Part shown: positions 51,101 through 63,832 of the stretch, piece after piece | Layout of the letters: every line of letters begins with the position of its first letter | Position numbering within the stretch: the first letter of the stretch is position 1 | Source: Octopus vulgaris | Taxonomy: Eukaryota | Reading direction: 5' to 3' | Length of the DNA: 64,000 nt | Assembly: GCA_951406725.2 (NCBI GenBank) | Contig: OX597834.1 | Coordinates: 35,154,001-35,218,000 of the forward strand | Translations under genes and position numbers: made by a program | The notes under the pieces: model-generated | Databases searched by the model: none | The model's input: the letters and a program-made list of their open reading frames with translations, nothing else | What the model was told of the DNA's origin: nothing

Positions 51101-52100
51101 CTCCACAGCCACCACCACCATAATCACCACTATCACTGCCACCACCACCACTAACACTACCACCATCACCGCCACCACCACAACCTCCCCCTCTGCTGCT
51201 GCCACCCCTACCACCACCACCACCACCACCACCACCACCACATCACCTACCAGCCAGCCAGCCAGCCAGCCACCCCCAACCCACCCCCGTTTCCTCCATA
51301 GTAAATATTTCATATGTCTAGACATAAAAGCACCCTGACTCCATTGTAGACAGTCATTATGGCATTGTCAGACAAGGGTGAAGAAGATTCATAGCTAAAC
51401 AGATAGCTTGCAGCAACAGACCCTAACCCTAACCCTATAATTATGGACACCCACACAGGTTTTCTTCCGAGGAGCCAAGTTCAAGTTGAAATTCCTTTCC
51501 AAAGATTAATGCAAGTTTTTTGGAGGGTTTTTTTTAACCAATATATATCTTTTTTTGCTTGTTTTTTACTTGTTTCAGTCATTGGACTTTGGCCATGCTG
51601 GGGCACCGTTTTGAAGGGTTTAGTTAAACAAATCGGCCCCGGGACTTATCTTTTTTTTAAAGTCTGGTATTTATTCTTATCGATCTCTTTTTCTAAACCA
51701 CGAAGATATGAGGGATGTCAATGAACCAACACCAGTTGTCAGGTGGTGTTGCAAGACAAACACGACATAAACACATGTGGAAAGACTTCTTTTTGTACCC
51801 TACCCCCGGTGTGGCTGTGCGGTAAGTAGCTTGCTTCCCAACCACATGGTTCTGGGTTCAGTCCCACTGTGTGGCACCTTGGGCAAATGTCTTCCACTAT
51901 AGCCCTGGGCCGACCAAGGCTTTCTGAGTGGATTTGGTAGACAGAAACTGAAAGAAGCCTGTCATGTGTGTGTATGTGATGATATATATATTATATATAT
52001 AACAGGCTTCTTTTAGTTTCCATCTACTAAAACCACTAACAAGCTTTTGGTTGGCCCAAGGCATCCTGTGTTTGGAAACATACAAAAAAACCAGCAGGAT

Positions 52101-52446
52101 TAACCAATTGATAACCTAACTCAAACGTTTGTCCCTCAAGAGTCGGACAAAGAACCAACTAAAATTTCTCTTCCTCCAAGAGATAACCGTCAAGAACAAA
52201 AGGAAGAATCCCCTCAGCTGCATCGATCACAAAGAATTCGGAAAGCCCCTGAAAGGCTTGATCTGTGATTTTCTTTTCCTTCTTTTTCTAGGAGGGAGTG
52301 AATGTTGTGCAAACAACGTTAATATAAAGAGCATGTGTATTTACCAGGAAGAGGAAGCGTGAGAATGGCCATTCGGAATAACGTAGAGACTAAGAAAAAA
52401 AAATTTAGTTTCTTTGAACCAGGATTTACTGGTTTTATACATTACA
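52101..52446 (+). mobile_element. Gypsy-like LTR retrotransposon 3' remnant (pol end, PPT, short LTR)
   Basis: Reads PQLHRSQRIRKAPERLDL*, a typical pol C-terminus, then the polypurine tract AGGAGGGAG, then a TG...CA segment at 52303-52446. Confidence 0.7.
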
Positions 52447-52449
52447 GAA

Positions 52450-52895
52450 CTGTATTGTTCTTTCCAGGTAAATTGACATGTGACTGCTCAAAGAAAACTT
52501 CAAATATAATCAGAAGCAGCTTCTCCTAAAAATGGACAGAATTTGGCATTGTGGTGTTATCAAGTACCTGCAGAAAAGGGGTTTTGCTCCTCCCCCCCAT
52601 CCACAAGGACATTCATGTTGACATGGTTGCTACATTGGTGGGTAACATTTCAGCTTTCTCAACGGTGCCAAAGATGGTATCTGAATTACGCAGGACATCC
52701 AGAGGAAAACATTGACCATGTCGACCACTTGGTGATAGATGATACGATTGACTAAAAATCAAACACCCAATGCCATTAGCATATCCCATGAGAGAGTTGA
52801 GAATATTCTGCACTACAAAGGTGGCACAGTGAAGGTCTCTGCTCGATGGGTGCCACCTCTTCTGATACCTGATCAAAAGCACACCAAGCACACCA
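52450..52895 (+). mobile_element. Degenerate mariner transposase fragment, interrupted by a SINE
   Basis: ISISHERVENILH...KVSARWVPPLL motif; homologous to 2320-2840. Confidence 0.8.
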
Positions 52896-53313
52896 GACGC
52901 AGGAGTGGCTGTTTGGTAAGTAGCTTGCTAACCAACCACATGGTCCCGGGTTCAGTCCCACTGCGTGGCATCTTGGGCAAGTGTCTTGTGCTATAGCCCC
53001 GGGCTGACCAATGCCTTGTGAGTGGATTTGGTAGACAGAAACTGAAAGAAGCCTGTCGTATATATGTATATATATATATATATATGTGTATGTGTATGTT
53101 TGTGTGTCTGTGTTTGTTCTCCTAGCATTGCTTGACAACCGATGCTGGTGTGTTTACGTCCCAGTCACTTAGCGGTTCGGCAAAAAGAGACTGATAGAAT
53201 AAGTACTGGGCTTACAAAAAGAATAAGTCCCGGGGTCGAGTTGCTCGACTAAAGGCGGTGCTCCAGCATGGCCACAGTCAAATGACTGAAACAAGTAAAA
53301 GAGTAAAAGAGTA
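52896..53313 (+). mobile_element. tRNA-derived SINE family B, full length
   Basis: Head GCAGGAGTGGCTGT..GGTAAG..GGTTCAGTCCC, central CCTTGGGCAAGTGTCTT, internal TA/TG tract and (GAGTAAAA)n tail. Many copies (15083, 25518, 31310, 42418[-], 47660, 49733, 51810, 56740). Confidence 0.88.
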
Positions 53314-54379
53314 AGCTGACCACATCATGGAAATATCTGATGTTGTTTCTGGCAGATCCTGCTGGTTTCCTTGTATGTTTCCAAACACAGGATGCCTTGG
53401 GCCAACCAAAGCTTGTTAGTGATTTTAGTAGATGGAAACTAAAAGAAGCCTGTTGTTTATATATATCATCATCATCGTTTAACATCTGCTTTCCATGCTA
53501 GCATGGGTTGGACGATTTGAATGAGGACTGTGAACCAGATGGCTGCACCAGGCTCCAATCTTGATCTGGCAGAGTTCCTACAGCTGGATGCCCTTCCTAA
53601 TGCCAACCACTCCAATATATATATATGTGTGTGTGTGTGTGTGTCTTGTGTGTGAGTTTACATGTGAGGTGTGTGTTTCTTTGTGTGTGAGTTTGTCCCC
53701 CTCCACCACTTGACAACTGGTGTTGGTGTGTTTATGTCCCCGTAACTAAGTGGTTTGGCAAAAGAGACTGATAGAATAAGTACAGAGATTGGTTCATTCG
53801 ACTAGAAATTCTTCAAGGCAGTACCCCAGCATGGCCACAGTCTAATGACTGAAACAGGTAAAAGATAAAAGATACACACACACACACGCAATGGGCTTCA
53901 ACACAGTTTCTGTCTACCAAATTCACCCACAAGTCATTGGTTGACCCAGGGCTTGATAGAAGACACCTTGCTCCCGGTGCTGAGCAGTGGGGCTGAACCT
54001 TAAACCAAGTAGTTGCAAAGCAAGCTTCATAACCACACACACACACACACGCACAAATGTAAGAAACTCCTAGTGCTCAGACACTTTAGTCATTGTGAAA
54101 TATTTGCAATAATCTATAAATGCTAGGTTTACATTTTATGTTTGTCAATGTGTCAGAGGAATTCAGTTGGACCAGCAGTTGGTGTCAGTAGAAAGGTCAG
54201 ATGAGGTCACCGAGTAGACACTGATGCACATAGCTGATCATTTAATTGACCATGCGTTAACACAGGTTATTTTAGCCCTTGTACTAGAAAAACAAGGATT
54301 CACTTTTAGGGATTGTAAAATACCTTTTATTTTTTCTGAAAATTGTTGAGGACAGATTGAACATATATATATGCATGTA

Positions 54380-54416
<37 letters not shown>

Positions 54417-54964
54417 TCTTTTACTTGTTTCAGTCATTTGACTGCGACCATGCTGGAGTACCACCTTTAGTCAAATTCCCAATTAAATGTGGATGCTCTG
54501 AGAAAATAAACTATACTGCTGTAGGTGCCATCACAGAAAGTCTCATAATGGCTTTTGGTGCAGAGATGTGTAACTTTTGAAATATGTCCCTGATAAAACT
54601 TATTTCAAAAAATTATTCATTTGAATATTTGTCTTATACCTTCCAATCTCTTTCTTTATTCCTCTGTTTCTTTTTTTCTCACAAATACATACATTACATA
54701 CACATGCATGCATATATACATGTGTACATACATGCATTTACACCCATGTGTGTGTGTGTGTGTGAAATCATAGTTGCTAGAATTAGACCCAGCTGGCCAA
54801 AGTTCAGGGAGCTATTACCCTTTTTGGTAACAATGTTAACAAAGGACCTCTTCCTCAGAAGGAAAGGCAGATTATACTAAGCTTGTTTATGAACAGCTAT
54901 GCTACATGGTGATGAAACATGGTGGTATATATACACATACAGGTGCAGGAGTGTCTGTGGTAAG

Positions 54965-56520
54965 AAGCTTGCCTCTTTGCAGGCCCTGACTTGTCGATGC
55001 AGAGTTGTCTGCAGGCGGCAAGTCACTTAGCTTGGGGGACCTGACAAAGAGAATTGTTGTAAGAAACTTTGTATTCGAGGGTTTGTTGGTCGGTGGGCAC
55101 TGACATCCCTCTCATCCGTATCATTTTGTTTCATTTTGTCTCATCTTGTCCATGTCCAGCACACAAGCTTCTCTCTGTGTGCTGCCCTTGTGGCAAATTA
55201 AATGAAATAAAGAAGCTTGCCTCCACGCATGAGTTGGTTTATTCGCTCTGTTGATTTTTGATGAGTTAGACAGAAATTTTTGTACTGCTTGGTGGCGGTT
55301 TGTCGGTGAGTGTTGTACCAGTGGAAGAAAATGTATTCAGACCTTAGCGAGTATGAGCAATCCTCAGCAGAGGAGGAGCTCTTTAAGGCAGTAAATAGAA
55401 TGGATGAACATTTGGAAAGAGTAAAGGGTTTTGCCAAAGCTGCAGAGGTCAAGAAAAGGGAGGTGGACCTAGCCAGACTGAAGGAACTGAGACAGATGAC
55501 ACAGAAGGTGGGAGGTGACATAAAGTTATTATCCTCCAAAAGGGTCATGGAAAATATGGAAAAGAAAACCATTATCTACGAGGTGTACTCAGTGGAGAGT
55601 AGGAGGGTGGAGTGGATGGAGATGGGAAAAAGTAGAAAAAGCATTGAAGGGGCTTTCAAAGGAAATGACACTCATAGCGAAAGGAAATGGATATGGGACA
55701 GTGGTTGTCCAGTTTAGGACTGCAGAGGAGGCAAAGAGGCTGGTGAGTACAACTGTAAAAACGGAAGAAGTAGTACTTCTACCCACATACCTTGGAAGAA
55801 AGACTTCTAAGGTGAGGGTAGAAGGAATCCCACCCAATATAGAAGTGGCTTGGGTTGCGGCAGCTGTCCTCGTTGGTAGTGAGGAGGAGATGGCTGTCCT
55901 CCAAGCCACAGAGATGGAGGAAGGAGGATATAGAGGAAAAACCTTGAAAATCATCATAGAAGCAGAGGTGAAGCACCCGGAAAATTTGGCAGAGACAGTG
56001 ATGTTGGGAGAAATAGTATTGAGAGTATGGGTAGAGGGCAGAGTTCCGCTATGTTTTAAATGTGGCCAAAAATGCCACATTAGAGCTCACTGCCCTCAAC
56101 AGATGTGGTGCTGGAAATGGAGGAGAAAAAAGAAGAAGCACAGATAGAAAGAACAAGGAGGATGAAAGGACAGGGACAGAGAATAAAAGGAAAAAGAGAA
56201 AGAAGCGGAAGAATAGTCAGTGTGATGTGGGACCCCAGACCAACTCCATCCCACCCAAGACCACTCAGACCCACCCTCCCCATACAGACACTATTTGTCT
56301 TATACCTTCCAATCTCCTCACAGGTAAAAAAAAAGAAGAAAGAACAGACACCACAAAATTTACAAGACTCCTCCCCCCGGTGAAAAAAGGTTACGTGTAC
56401 TTGGAGGAGAGAGTGTTGTCACTCAGCGATGGGGAAAATGGTAAATGAAAGACTAGATCAAAGACCAAAGAGGACTCAGGACTAAGGGGTGGCGTTACTC
56501 AGTGTGGGGGTGAGTAACAC
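54965..56520 (+). mobile_element. Non-LTR retrotransposon ORF1-like remnant (coiled coil, RRM-like region, CCHC knuckle), frameshifted
   Basis: Overlapping ORFs 55310-55717 and 55644-56147. KVRVEGIPPNI motif and zinc knuckle CFKCGQKCHIRAHC (CX2CX4HX4C). Purine-rich sense strand. Boundaries approximate. Confidence 0.7.
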
Positions 56521-56829
56521 ACTTTTCATATTCTCATTTCTCAGACATCATTCATGTATCATTATTTTAATATTTTGAATTTACTGTTTCTCATCTCCAT
56601 TTTCATGTGTCATTCATAGCGCCATATTTTTATGTTGCTACATGTCCCCACATGTGTTGTAGTGTCCCCCCCTCTATGTAATGCCTTTATGGCAATTTAA
56701 AAGAAATAAAGAAGGTTGCTTCCCACCCACGCTGTGTGGCTCCTTGGGCAAGTGTCTTCTACTATAGCCACGGGCCGACCAAAGCCTTGTGAGTGGACTT
56801 GGTAGACGGAAACTCATAGAAGCCCGACG

Positions 56830-56879
56830 TATATGTATGTATGTATGTATGCATGCATGCATGCACGTACGTATGTGTG

Positions 56880-56910
<31 letters not shown>

Positions 56911-57247
56911 GTATGTATGTATGTATGTATGTATGTACGTACGTATGTACGTATGTGTGTATGTATGTATGTATGTATGTATGTATGTATGTATGTATGT
57001 ATGTATGTATGTATGTATGTATGTATGTATGTATGTGTATGTATGTATGTATGTATGTATGCATGTATGTATGTATGTGTGTATGTATGTATGTATGTGT
57101 GTATGTATGGATGTATGTGTGTATGTATGTATGTATGTAAGTATGTATGTATGTATGTATGGATGTATGTGTGTATGTATGTATGTATGTATGTATGTAT
57201 ATATGTATGTATGTATGTATGTACGTACGTACGTATGTATGTATGTA
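56830..57247. repeat. (TATG)n tetranucleotide microsatellite inside a family B SINE
   Basis: ~420 bp of TATG units with variants. Reverse-orientation tract at 47085-47240. Confidence 0.97.
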
Positions 57248-57819
57248 TTCGTGTATCTGTGTTTGTCCCCGCCATCGCTTGACAATTGATGTTGGTGTAG
57301 TTACGTCCGAGTAACTTAGCGGTTCGGCAAAACAAACCGATAGAATGACTACTAGGCTTACAAAGAATGAGTCCTGGGATCGATTAGTTCGACGAAAGTG
57401 GGGGTGCTCCAGCAAGGACTACCGTGAAATCACTGAAACAAGTAAAAGAATAAAAAAACACACACACATATGTATGTATGTGTGTGTATGCTTTTTATGT
57501 ATATATATATATGTGTATGTGTGTGTGTATTGCAGTCTTTGCATAAATCATCTCTTTTTATCACGGAGTAAGTTTCAGGCCTATCACCGGCAAGGGAGGT
57601 AACTAATAGTTTATTTATTGACCGAGTATTCCAAAGTTTCTTTTCCTCCAAGTTTTCCCTTTATTATCCTAAACATTATGCATACATTAAGGCCCCCCTG
57701 CCGCCCTGTCCATGTCTTCTAATCTTACACCACACTATTCGCTTATTCGAACCACACACACACCAGTGACCCGTTGGTTTTCCCGACTCTTCCAGTCTTT
57801 CTTCATTTGACGTTTCCAG

Positions 57820-57920
57820 ATGGAAATCTCTGCTCAACAAACTCAATGCAACATTTTCCATCTTCCCCCAGAAACTCTCGTTCACATATTTTCATATTTT
57901 GATTTTAGAGATTTAATCAG
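57820..57920 (+). CDS. FBXO3: F-box only protein 3-like, coding exon 1
   Basis: ATG at 57820; MEISAQQTQCNIFHLPPETLVHIFSYFDFRDLI(R), the N-terminal half of an F-box; donor AG|GTAAGA, phase 2. Confidence 0.88.
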
Positions 57921-58384
57921 GTAAGAATTCGACCTTTTCCTTGCTATTTTGGTTTTTTATGCCTACTGCTGCTTTGGTTAATAATTTCCTTCTTTCTGTT
58001 TGTCTCTTATTCTTCATATAATGTTCTTTACAAAAAGCAACTGTCCTAATTTTAGGTTCCTTTATTTGTTTATTATCAAACGTATGTCTTGGCTATTCTA
58101 CAAAATTCAGGAAATTCTAAATTGTGGTAATACCACGTTCGTCTAGTTTTAAATGAATTTATTGCAGCGCAATATTTTTCCTTTTTTGGGACGTAAATAT
58201 AACAACAAAAATTCTAATTAACAATCCGCATAATTTTTTTTTCGGGTCAATAATACTGCCATTACACGGTTACACACAGTTTTAAGAAAATAACTGACAA
58301 ATAACATCGAAGTCGTCAAACAGGAATGAAAACATTGGAAAATGGAATTCGAAATAAATTGTTTGAAAAACCAAAGAAGGGAAG

Positions 58385-58437
<53 letters not shown>

Positions 58438-58506
58438 AAACATTTTTATTATATATCTTACTATATATATATAATGCACACACACACACATCATACATTA
58501 TTACAT

Positions 58507-58547
<41 letters not shown>

Positions 58548-59642
58548 GGTGTATTATGTGAATTTATGGAAAGGTATCCCATAGAACCTTACAAAATAAA
58601 AGGACGAAATATTATTCAGACTTTTCACACACACACACACACATATAGTTAAACTTATTTGTGTGTTTGTGTGTGTGTCTATGTACATACACACACATAT
58701 TTGTATATATATATGTAAATATGTATGTATGTATTTATATTCATAAGTGCATATATATATATATATTTATATATTGATGGTGTTTAAATGTTAACAATTG
58801 AAATAATTGTAGAACTTAGAAATTATAAACCAAAATCTGTTATTTTACTGTCTCTTCATCATTTGACACGTTCTCCATTTCTGTCTGTTCGTCCTGACAT
58901 TGCACAATAATTGTTAACAAGCATCACCTTCATAGAATCAGTGTCCTTCATTTCCAGTCTTGTTAAATATGTCTGGCTATGAGGAGATAATAGGGTAAAG
59001 ACCCCCTTCAGTCACAAATGACCAAGGAATTGCATCTAGAAAGTTCCCCCTTGAGGCACAAGTCTGGGAGGACCAACAGTCACCCATGTATGCCAGTCTC
59101 CCCTTTCCATGCCACCAATGGTATTCAAGGGAAACGTAAAGGGGCTGATACAGCTTGGCACCAGTGATATTGCACCTCATTTCTACAGCGGAGTGAACTG
59201 GAGCGACATGAAAATAAAGAGTCTTGCTCAAGAACACAACACACAGCCTGGTCCGGGGATCGAACTCACTACCCCATAATTGTGAGCCTGACGTTCTAAC
59301 CACTGAGCTATGTGCCTTCACAGGATGATAATACTTTGCTTGTAAACAGGTAAGTGTTGGCAACAGGATGAGTATCCAGCTGATGCATTCAAGCATAAAA
59401 GGTGGTCATTAAAACAATGATGATGATGATGATACCTATATCTATGTGTGTGCCTGTCATCATCGTTTTAATGACCACTTTCCCACGCTTGCATAGTCAG
59501 ATGGAACTTAAGGCAGGTTTTCTATGGCTGGAAGCCCCCCCCCCCCCGTCACCAACCCTCACCTGTTTCTGAGCAAAATATTATTCTCTTGTAGCATGTT
59601 TTACACGGGAAACTGGACAGAACAACCTTGTTTGTATTAAGG

Positions 59643-59770
59643 CTGGGGTCCCTTAAATGGTTGATATTGACCCCTGGGGGGGGGTCGATAAATGCACTTA
59701 ATTATTATCATTTATTTATTTTCTTGTACATGCCTGGGGGTCGATGAGCTGAAAAGTTTGGGGACCCTTG
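59643..59770. mobile_element. Small hAT-like MITE
   Basis: CTGGGGTCCC / GGGGACCCTTG termini with 8-bp near-TSD TATTAAGG/TGTTAAGG. Confidence 0.6.
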
Positions 59771-60288
59771 TGTTAAGGAGGTGATGGTGATGATGGGAGG
59801 CAACTTTGTGCCAGGTGATTAAGAGGTTAAAGTATGGAAAAAAAAGGGGCAGGAACAGATTTTTTGCCATAGAAATAGATGGCTAGATTGCACTATATAA
59901 AGATGGTGTTAGGAAGGGCATCCAGCTGTAAAAATCATGCTGAAATGGTCGGTGAAACTGGCACAGCCCTCTGGCTTACCAGCATGGAACATGGATGTTA
60001 AATGCTGATGATGGTGGTAGTGGTGGTGGCTGTGATTAATTGGGGTGGAACTGGAAGTGAAATAAAGATGGTGGTGACGAGGTGCTAGTGTACCTTGAAG
60101 GTCATATAGAATGATGTTTCTGTGTTATATGAATATTGATATTGTGCTACGACCCTACATAAATGTTGTAGCTATGATTCTAACAATCATTATTTCCGTA
60201 TCATGTTGTAGCAGTAAAAATGTACTTGTGATTATTTCTGTTCCATATTGTGGCTTTAACACCATATGTATCCAGCTGTAAAAAAAAC

Positions 60289-60526
60289 CAGGGCTGTGGA
60301 GTGGGAGTCATGGAGTCGGAAACAATTAAGGGGTAGCTGGAGTCAGTAAAACTATACTGACTCCAACTCACAATGTCTTTATTCTTGAATATAATCCAGT
60401 TATAACATATAAGCCGAGTCAGAGTACAAGCGTATGCATAAGCTTTATGAGATATGTAGATTGCAATCACTTAATTACATAAAGAGGAGTCAGAGTCAGT
60501 TTTTTTGTTTTGACTCCACAGCCCTG
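60289..60526. mobile_element. MITE with CAGGGCTGTGGAGT TIRs inserted into a family E repeat
   Basis: CAGGGCTGTGGAGT / ACTCCACAGCCCTG termini; GTAAAAAC-type flanks on both sides. Confidence 0.8.
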
Positions 60527-61136
60527 GTAAAAACTATGCCAAAATAGACCTCACCATTGCTGGCACCATGTGAAAGATACTGAGTCCACTGTGTAAAGTG
60601 GTTGGCATTAGGAAGGGCATCCAACAGTAGAAGCCATGCCAAAACAAACCTTGCTGGTGCTAGTAGTACATCAAGAGCCAAGTGGTTGGCATTAGGAAGG
60701 GAATCCAGCTGTAAAAACCATGACAAAACAGGCAGTAGAGCTTGGTGCAGTCCTCTGGCTTGCCAGCTCCTGAGATGCCAGGATGGAAAACGGAAGTTAA
60801 ATGATGATGATAATGATGTAGCTGACAGTGGACGTCTTTATTTATCCATCATATTGCAGCCACAAAACTGTACATCATTATTTATTTATTATAATAAGGT
60901 GGCAAACTGGCAGAATTGTTAGCTCACCAGACTTGTTCTGAGTTCAATTTCAGCCAAGGCCAACTTTGCTTTCATCCTCTTGGGGGTCAACAAAATAAGT
61001 ACCTCATATTATCACTATAACAGTATCAATCTTTATTTTCTCTTATATATCCTCTAATTGTAAAGGTATGTATCTTTTATTTTGTCTGTATATATTCACT
61101 CGCTGCAACGGTGTATATTGTTGTTTCACATTGTAG

Positions 61137-61226
61137 GTGCTGCAAAGTGTGTAGACGTTTCTACGACATTCATTTTGATGATCTGCTATGGAAAAGATTT
61201 TGCTACCAAAATTTTCTTGAAGAAAA
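61137..61226 (+). CDS. FBXO3: FBXO3-like coding exon 2
   Basis: Acceptor TTGTAG|, 90 nt, CCKVCRRFYDIHFDDLLWKRFCYQNFLEE (C-terminal half of the F-box), donor |GTAAGT. Phase matches exons 1 and 3. Confidence 0.9.
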
Positions 61227-61599
61227 GTAAGTCATTTTTTACCTTTTTATTTCCTACTTAAAACAGCAATTCCTAAGATTGTGTAAAATATGTCTCTCCT
61301 CGTACGGATCGTGTCATGTATGCCTCTCCATATTACAAACATTCCTGTTTTAAACTGTGTTTTTAATGAAATACTCTGCCTCTATGTTTTAATTAATTTT
61401 GAAATTAAGAGTCTGAAGGGAAATTTAGTGAAATAATTAACATCTTGCGGTTGAATTATAATTTAGAACACCACTTAAAAAATTTCTTACACAAAATTAT
61501 AATAGCAAAATCACATGACTATATCATCGTTTAACATCCGTTTTCCATGCTGGCATGGATTGGACAGTTTCTACAGTTGGATGCCCTTCCTAACGCCAA

Positions 61600-61865
61600 C
61601 CACTTTGAGAGTGTATTGGTAGCTTTTTATGTGCCACCAGCATGGGAACCAGTCAGGCGGCCCTGGCATCGATCATGTTTGGATACAGCTTTTTACGTGC
61701 CATCACTTTGGGAGCCAGTTGGGGGCACTGGCATCGACCACATTTGGATAGTGGCTTTTTATGTGCCACCAGCACAGGAGCCAGTCAGTGGAGACTGGCA
61801 TTGAGTATGTTTAGATGATGCATTTTATGTGCCACCGGAACAGGAGCCAGTTGGGGTACTGGCCA
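61600..61865. repeat. ~61-bp internal tandem repeat in a family E element, ~4 copies
   Basis: TTTTATGTGCCACCAGCA..GGAGCCAGT..CTGGCAT unit repeated. Confidence 0.8.
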
Positions 61866-62753
61866 CAACTATGATTTTGGCTTTATATATATATCAAAAT
61901 AAGAAACAAGTATATCTCCGGTAATTTGGTACGATCGTTTCATGCTACATCATTTTAATAAACATTTTCTTGTTGTCTATTTTTATTATAATCACCCCGT
62001 GGATTTATTTGGATAATACCTTACAAAATTCTGGTGCATCTGACTTAAGTACCATATTCATTTGAATCTAAATTTTGCTGAACTTTATATATATATATAT
62101 ATATATATATAACGACGGGAGGGCTCTCTCATTCCTCATTCTTTCTGGTTTTCTCTACAAGCATTCTCTTTTTTTTCTCCTCCTCCTCCCTCCCGTCGTT
62201 GACCCGCGACGAGGCTACTACTGTCTTTCTCACCTGGCTTCCTTCAAGTGTGGACGACTTTCCTGTCTCTCTCTTGCTGACCTCAAAAAGTGTTCAAAAT
62301 ATTTTTTCTTTCGTCGTGGCTTAACAGCTCTCTGTGTTTGTGTTACTGTTATTCTCCTTGTCCTGTCTTTTACTGTTTATATTTTGTACTGTCTTTACTG
62401 TCCTGTTTTTGTTACCATTTTTAATGTGTTTGAGAGAGTGGTTTCTTTGGTTTGTTTGTTCCTAAACAACACTTATTTTAGTGCTGTGGACACTGCCAGA
62501 TTGAATGGTACTGGCCAGGTGTCAAAACCATAATGATATCCGTGGGGCAGCTGATGATGGAGGTATGTTGGATTGTTGGTATGCCTGTGGAATAGTATTA
62601 TAACACATCCTTTTGATATATATATGTGTGTTCTGTATATAACTGTCCTCTATATCACACAGACTGTGAAATACTATTTTGTACTAAAAATTTCTTCTAT
62701 TCTGAATTTAAAAGTTACAGTGTACATTGGTTTTTGTTTCCTTGTGCCTGCAG

Positions 62754-62908
62754 ATGTCCTGAGAATGTCTCCTGGAGAAGTTTCTTCAAGAAACTCTACA
62801 TAAAAGATGGCAAATATCTACCAATTTATAAACAAATCAAGCGAGCTTGGAGAACCATTGAGAATTATATAGAAACAAATGTACCTCTCTTGAAGAATTC
62901 CTTGGCTG
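62754..62908 (+). CDS. FBXO3: FBXO3-like coding exon 3 (gene continues beyond the window)
   Basis: Acceptor CCTGCAG|, 155 nt, (K)CPENVSWRSFFKKLYIKDGKYLPIYKQIKRAWRTIENYIETNVPLLKNSLA, resembling FBXO3 WKSLF..Y...GRY...Y..IKKAW..L..Y as recalled; donor G|GTAAGT. Confidence 0.88.
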
Positions 62909-62927
62909 GTAAGTCTACATCCATTCA

Positions 62928-62960
<33 letters not shown>

Positions 62961-63219
62961 TCATTAACTTCCACTTTTCCATCCTTGCAAATGGAATTTG
63001 CTGAGGCTGGTTTTTCTTTGACCAGATGCCCTTTCCAGTTGCCAGACCACTCCTGTTCCCAAGCAAGGTGATATTTTTCTCATGGTCAGACATGTCTTCT
63101 ATGGCGGACTAGAAACAAATATTGCTTGTATGACAGGAATGCTCATTTAAAACCATCATGTGGTGTCATGACAAGGGTACACACACACACACACCCGCAA
63201 TGTATATAGTATCATTATA

Positions 63220-63555
63220 GGCGCATGACTCAGTGGTTAGAGCTTCGGGCTCACAATCATAAGGCAGTGAGTTCGATTCCCGGACCGGGCTGTGTGTTGT
63301 GTTCTTGAGCAAGACACTTTATTTCACGTTGCTCCAGTTCCACTCAGCTGTAGAAATGAGTTACGACATCACTGGTACCAAGCTGTATTGGCCCCTTTGC
63401 CTTTCCCTTGGATAACATCGGTGGTATGGAGAAGAGAGGCTGGTATGCATGGGCGACTGCTGGTCTTCCATAAACAACCTTGCCTGGACTTGTGCCTCGA
63501 AGAGGAACTTTCTAGGTGCAATCCCATGGTCATTCATGACTGAAGGGAGCTTCAC
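63220..63555 (+). mobile_element. tRNA-derived SINE family C, full length
   Basis: Head GGCGCATGACTCAGTGGTTAGAGC...GAGTTCGATTCCC and core TTCTTGAGCAAGACACTTT. Other copies at 23740-24062, 23140-23390 and 58995-59316 (-). Confidence 0.85.
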
Positions 63556-63629
63556 TCTTTTAAATAGTACCTTTATTAAGAAGGCTAATATCAGTGGCCT
63601 GTCAATGGGGACCTCAGTCCACACGGCAT

Positions 63630-63832
63630 CACAGTAGCAGTAACATAGTCAACTGCTACAAAGGTAAAGGTGACACTTTAGATACAAATAATTACAGAGG
63701 TATCAAGTTGTTGGATCAGGTAATGAAGGTCACGGAGAGGTTCATAGCCCAACTAATTAGGGAGAGAGTCAGTCTAGATGAGATGCAGTTTGGGTTTGTG
63801 CCAGGGAAAAGCACCACTGATGCTATATTTCT
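63630..63832 (+). mobile_element. RTE-clade LINE RT fragment (same family as 15505-16090)
   Basis: YKGKGD...NYRGIKLLDQVMKVTER..QFGFVPGKSTTDAIF; near-identical to the 15.9-16.1 kb copy. Confidence 0.9.

Noticed and set aside
51420-51437. Interstitial telomeric repeat (CCCTAA)~3
   Set aside because: Too short to be meaningful in a microsatellite-rich genome.
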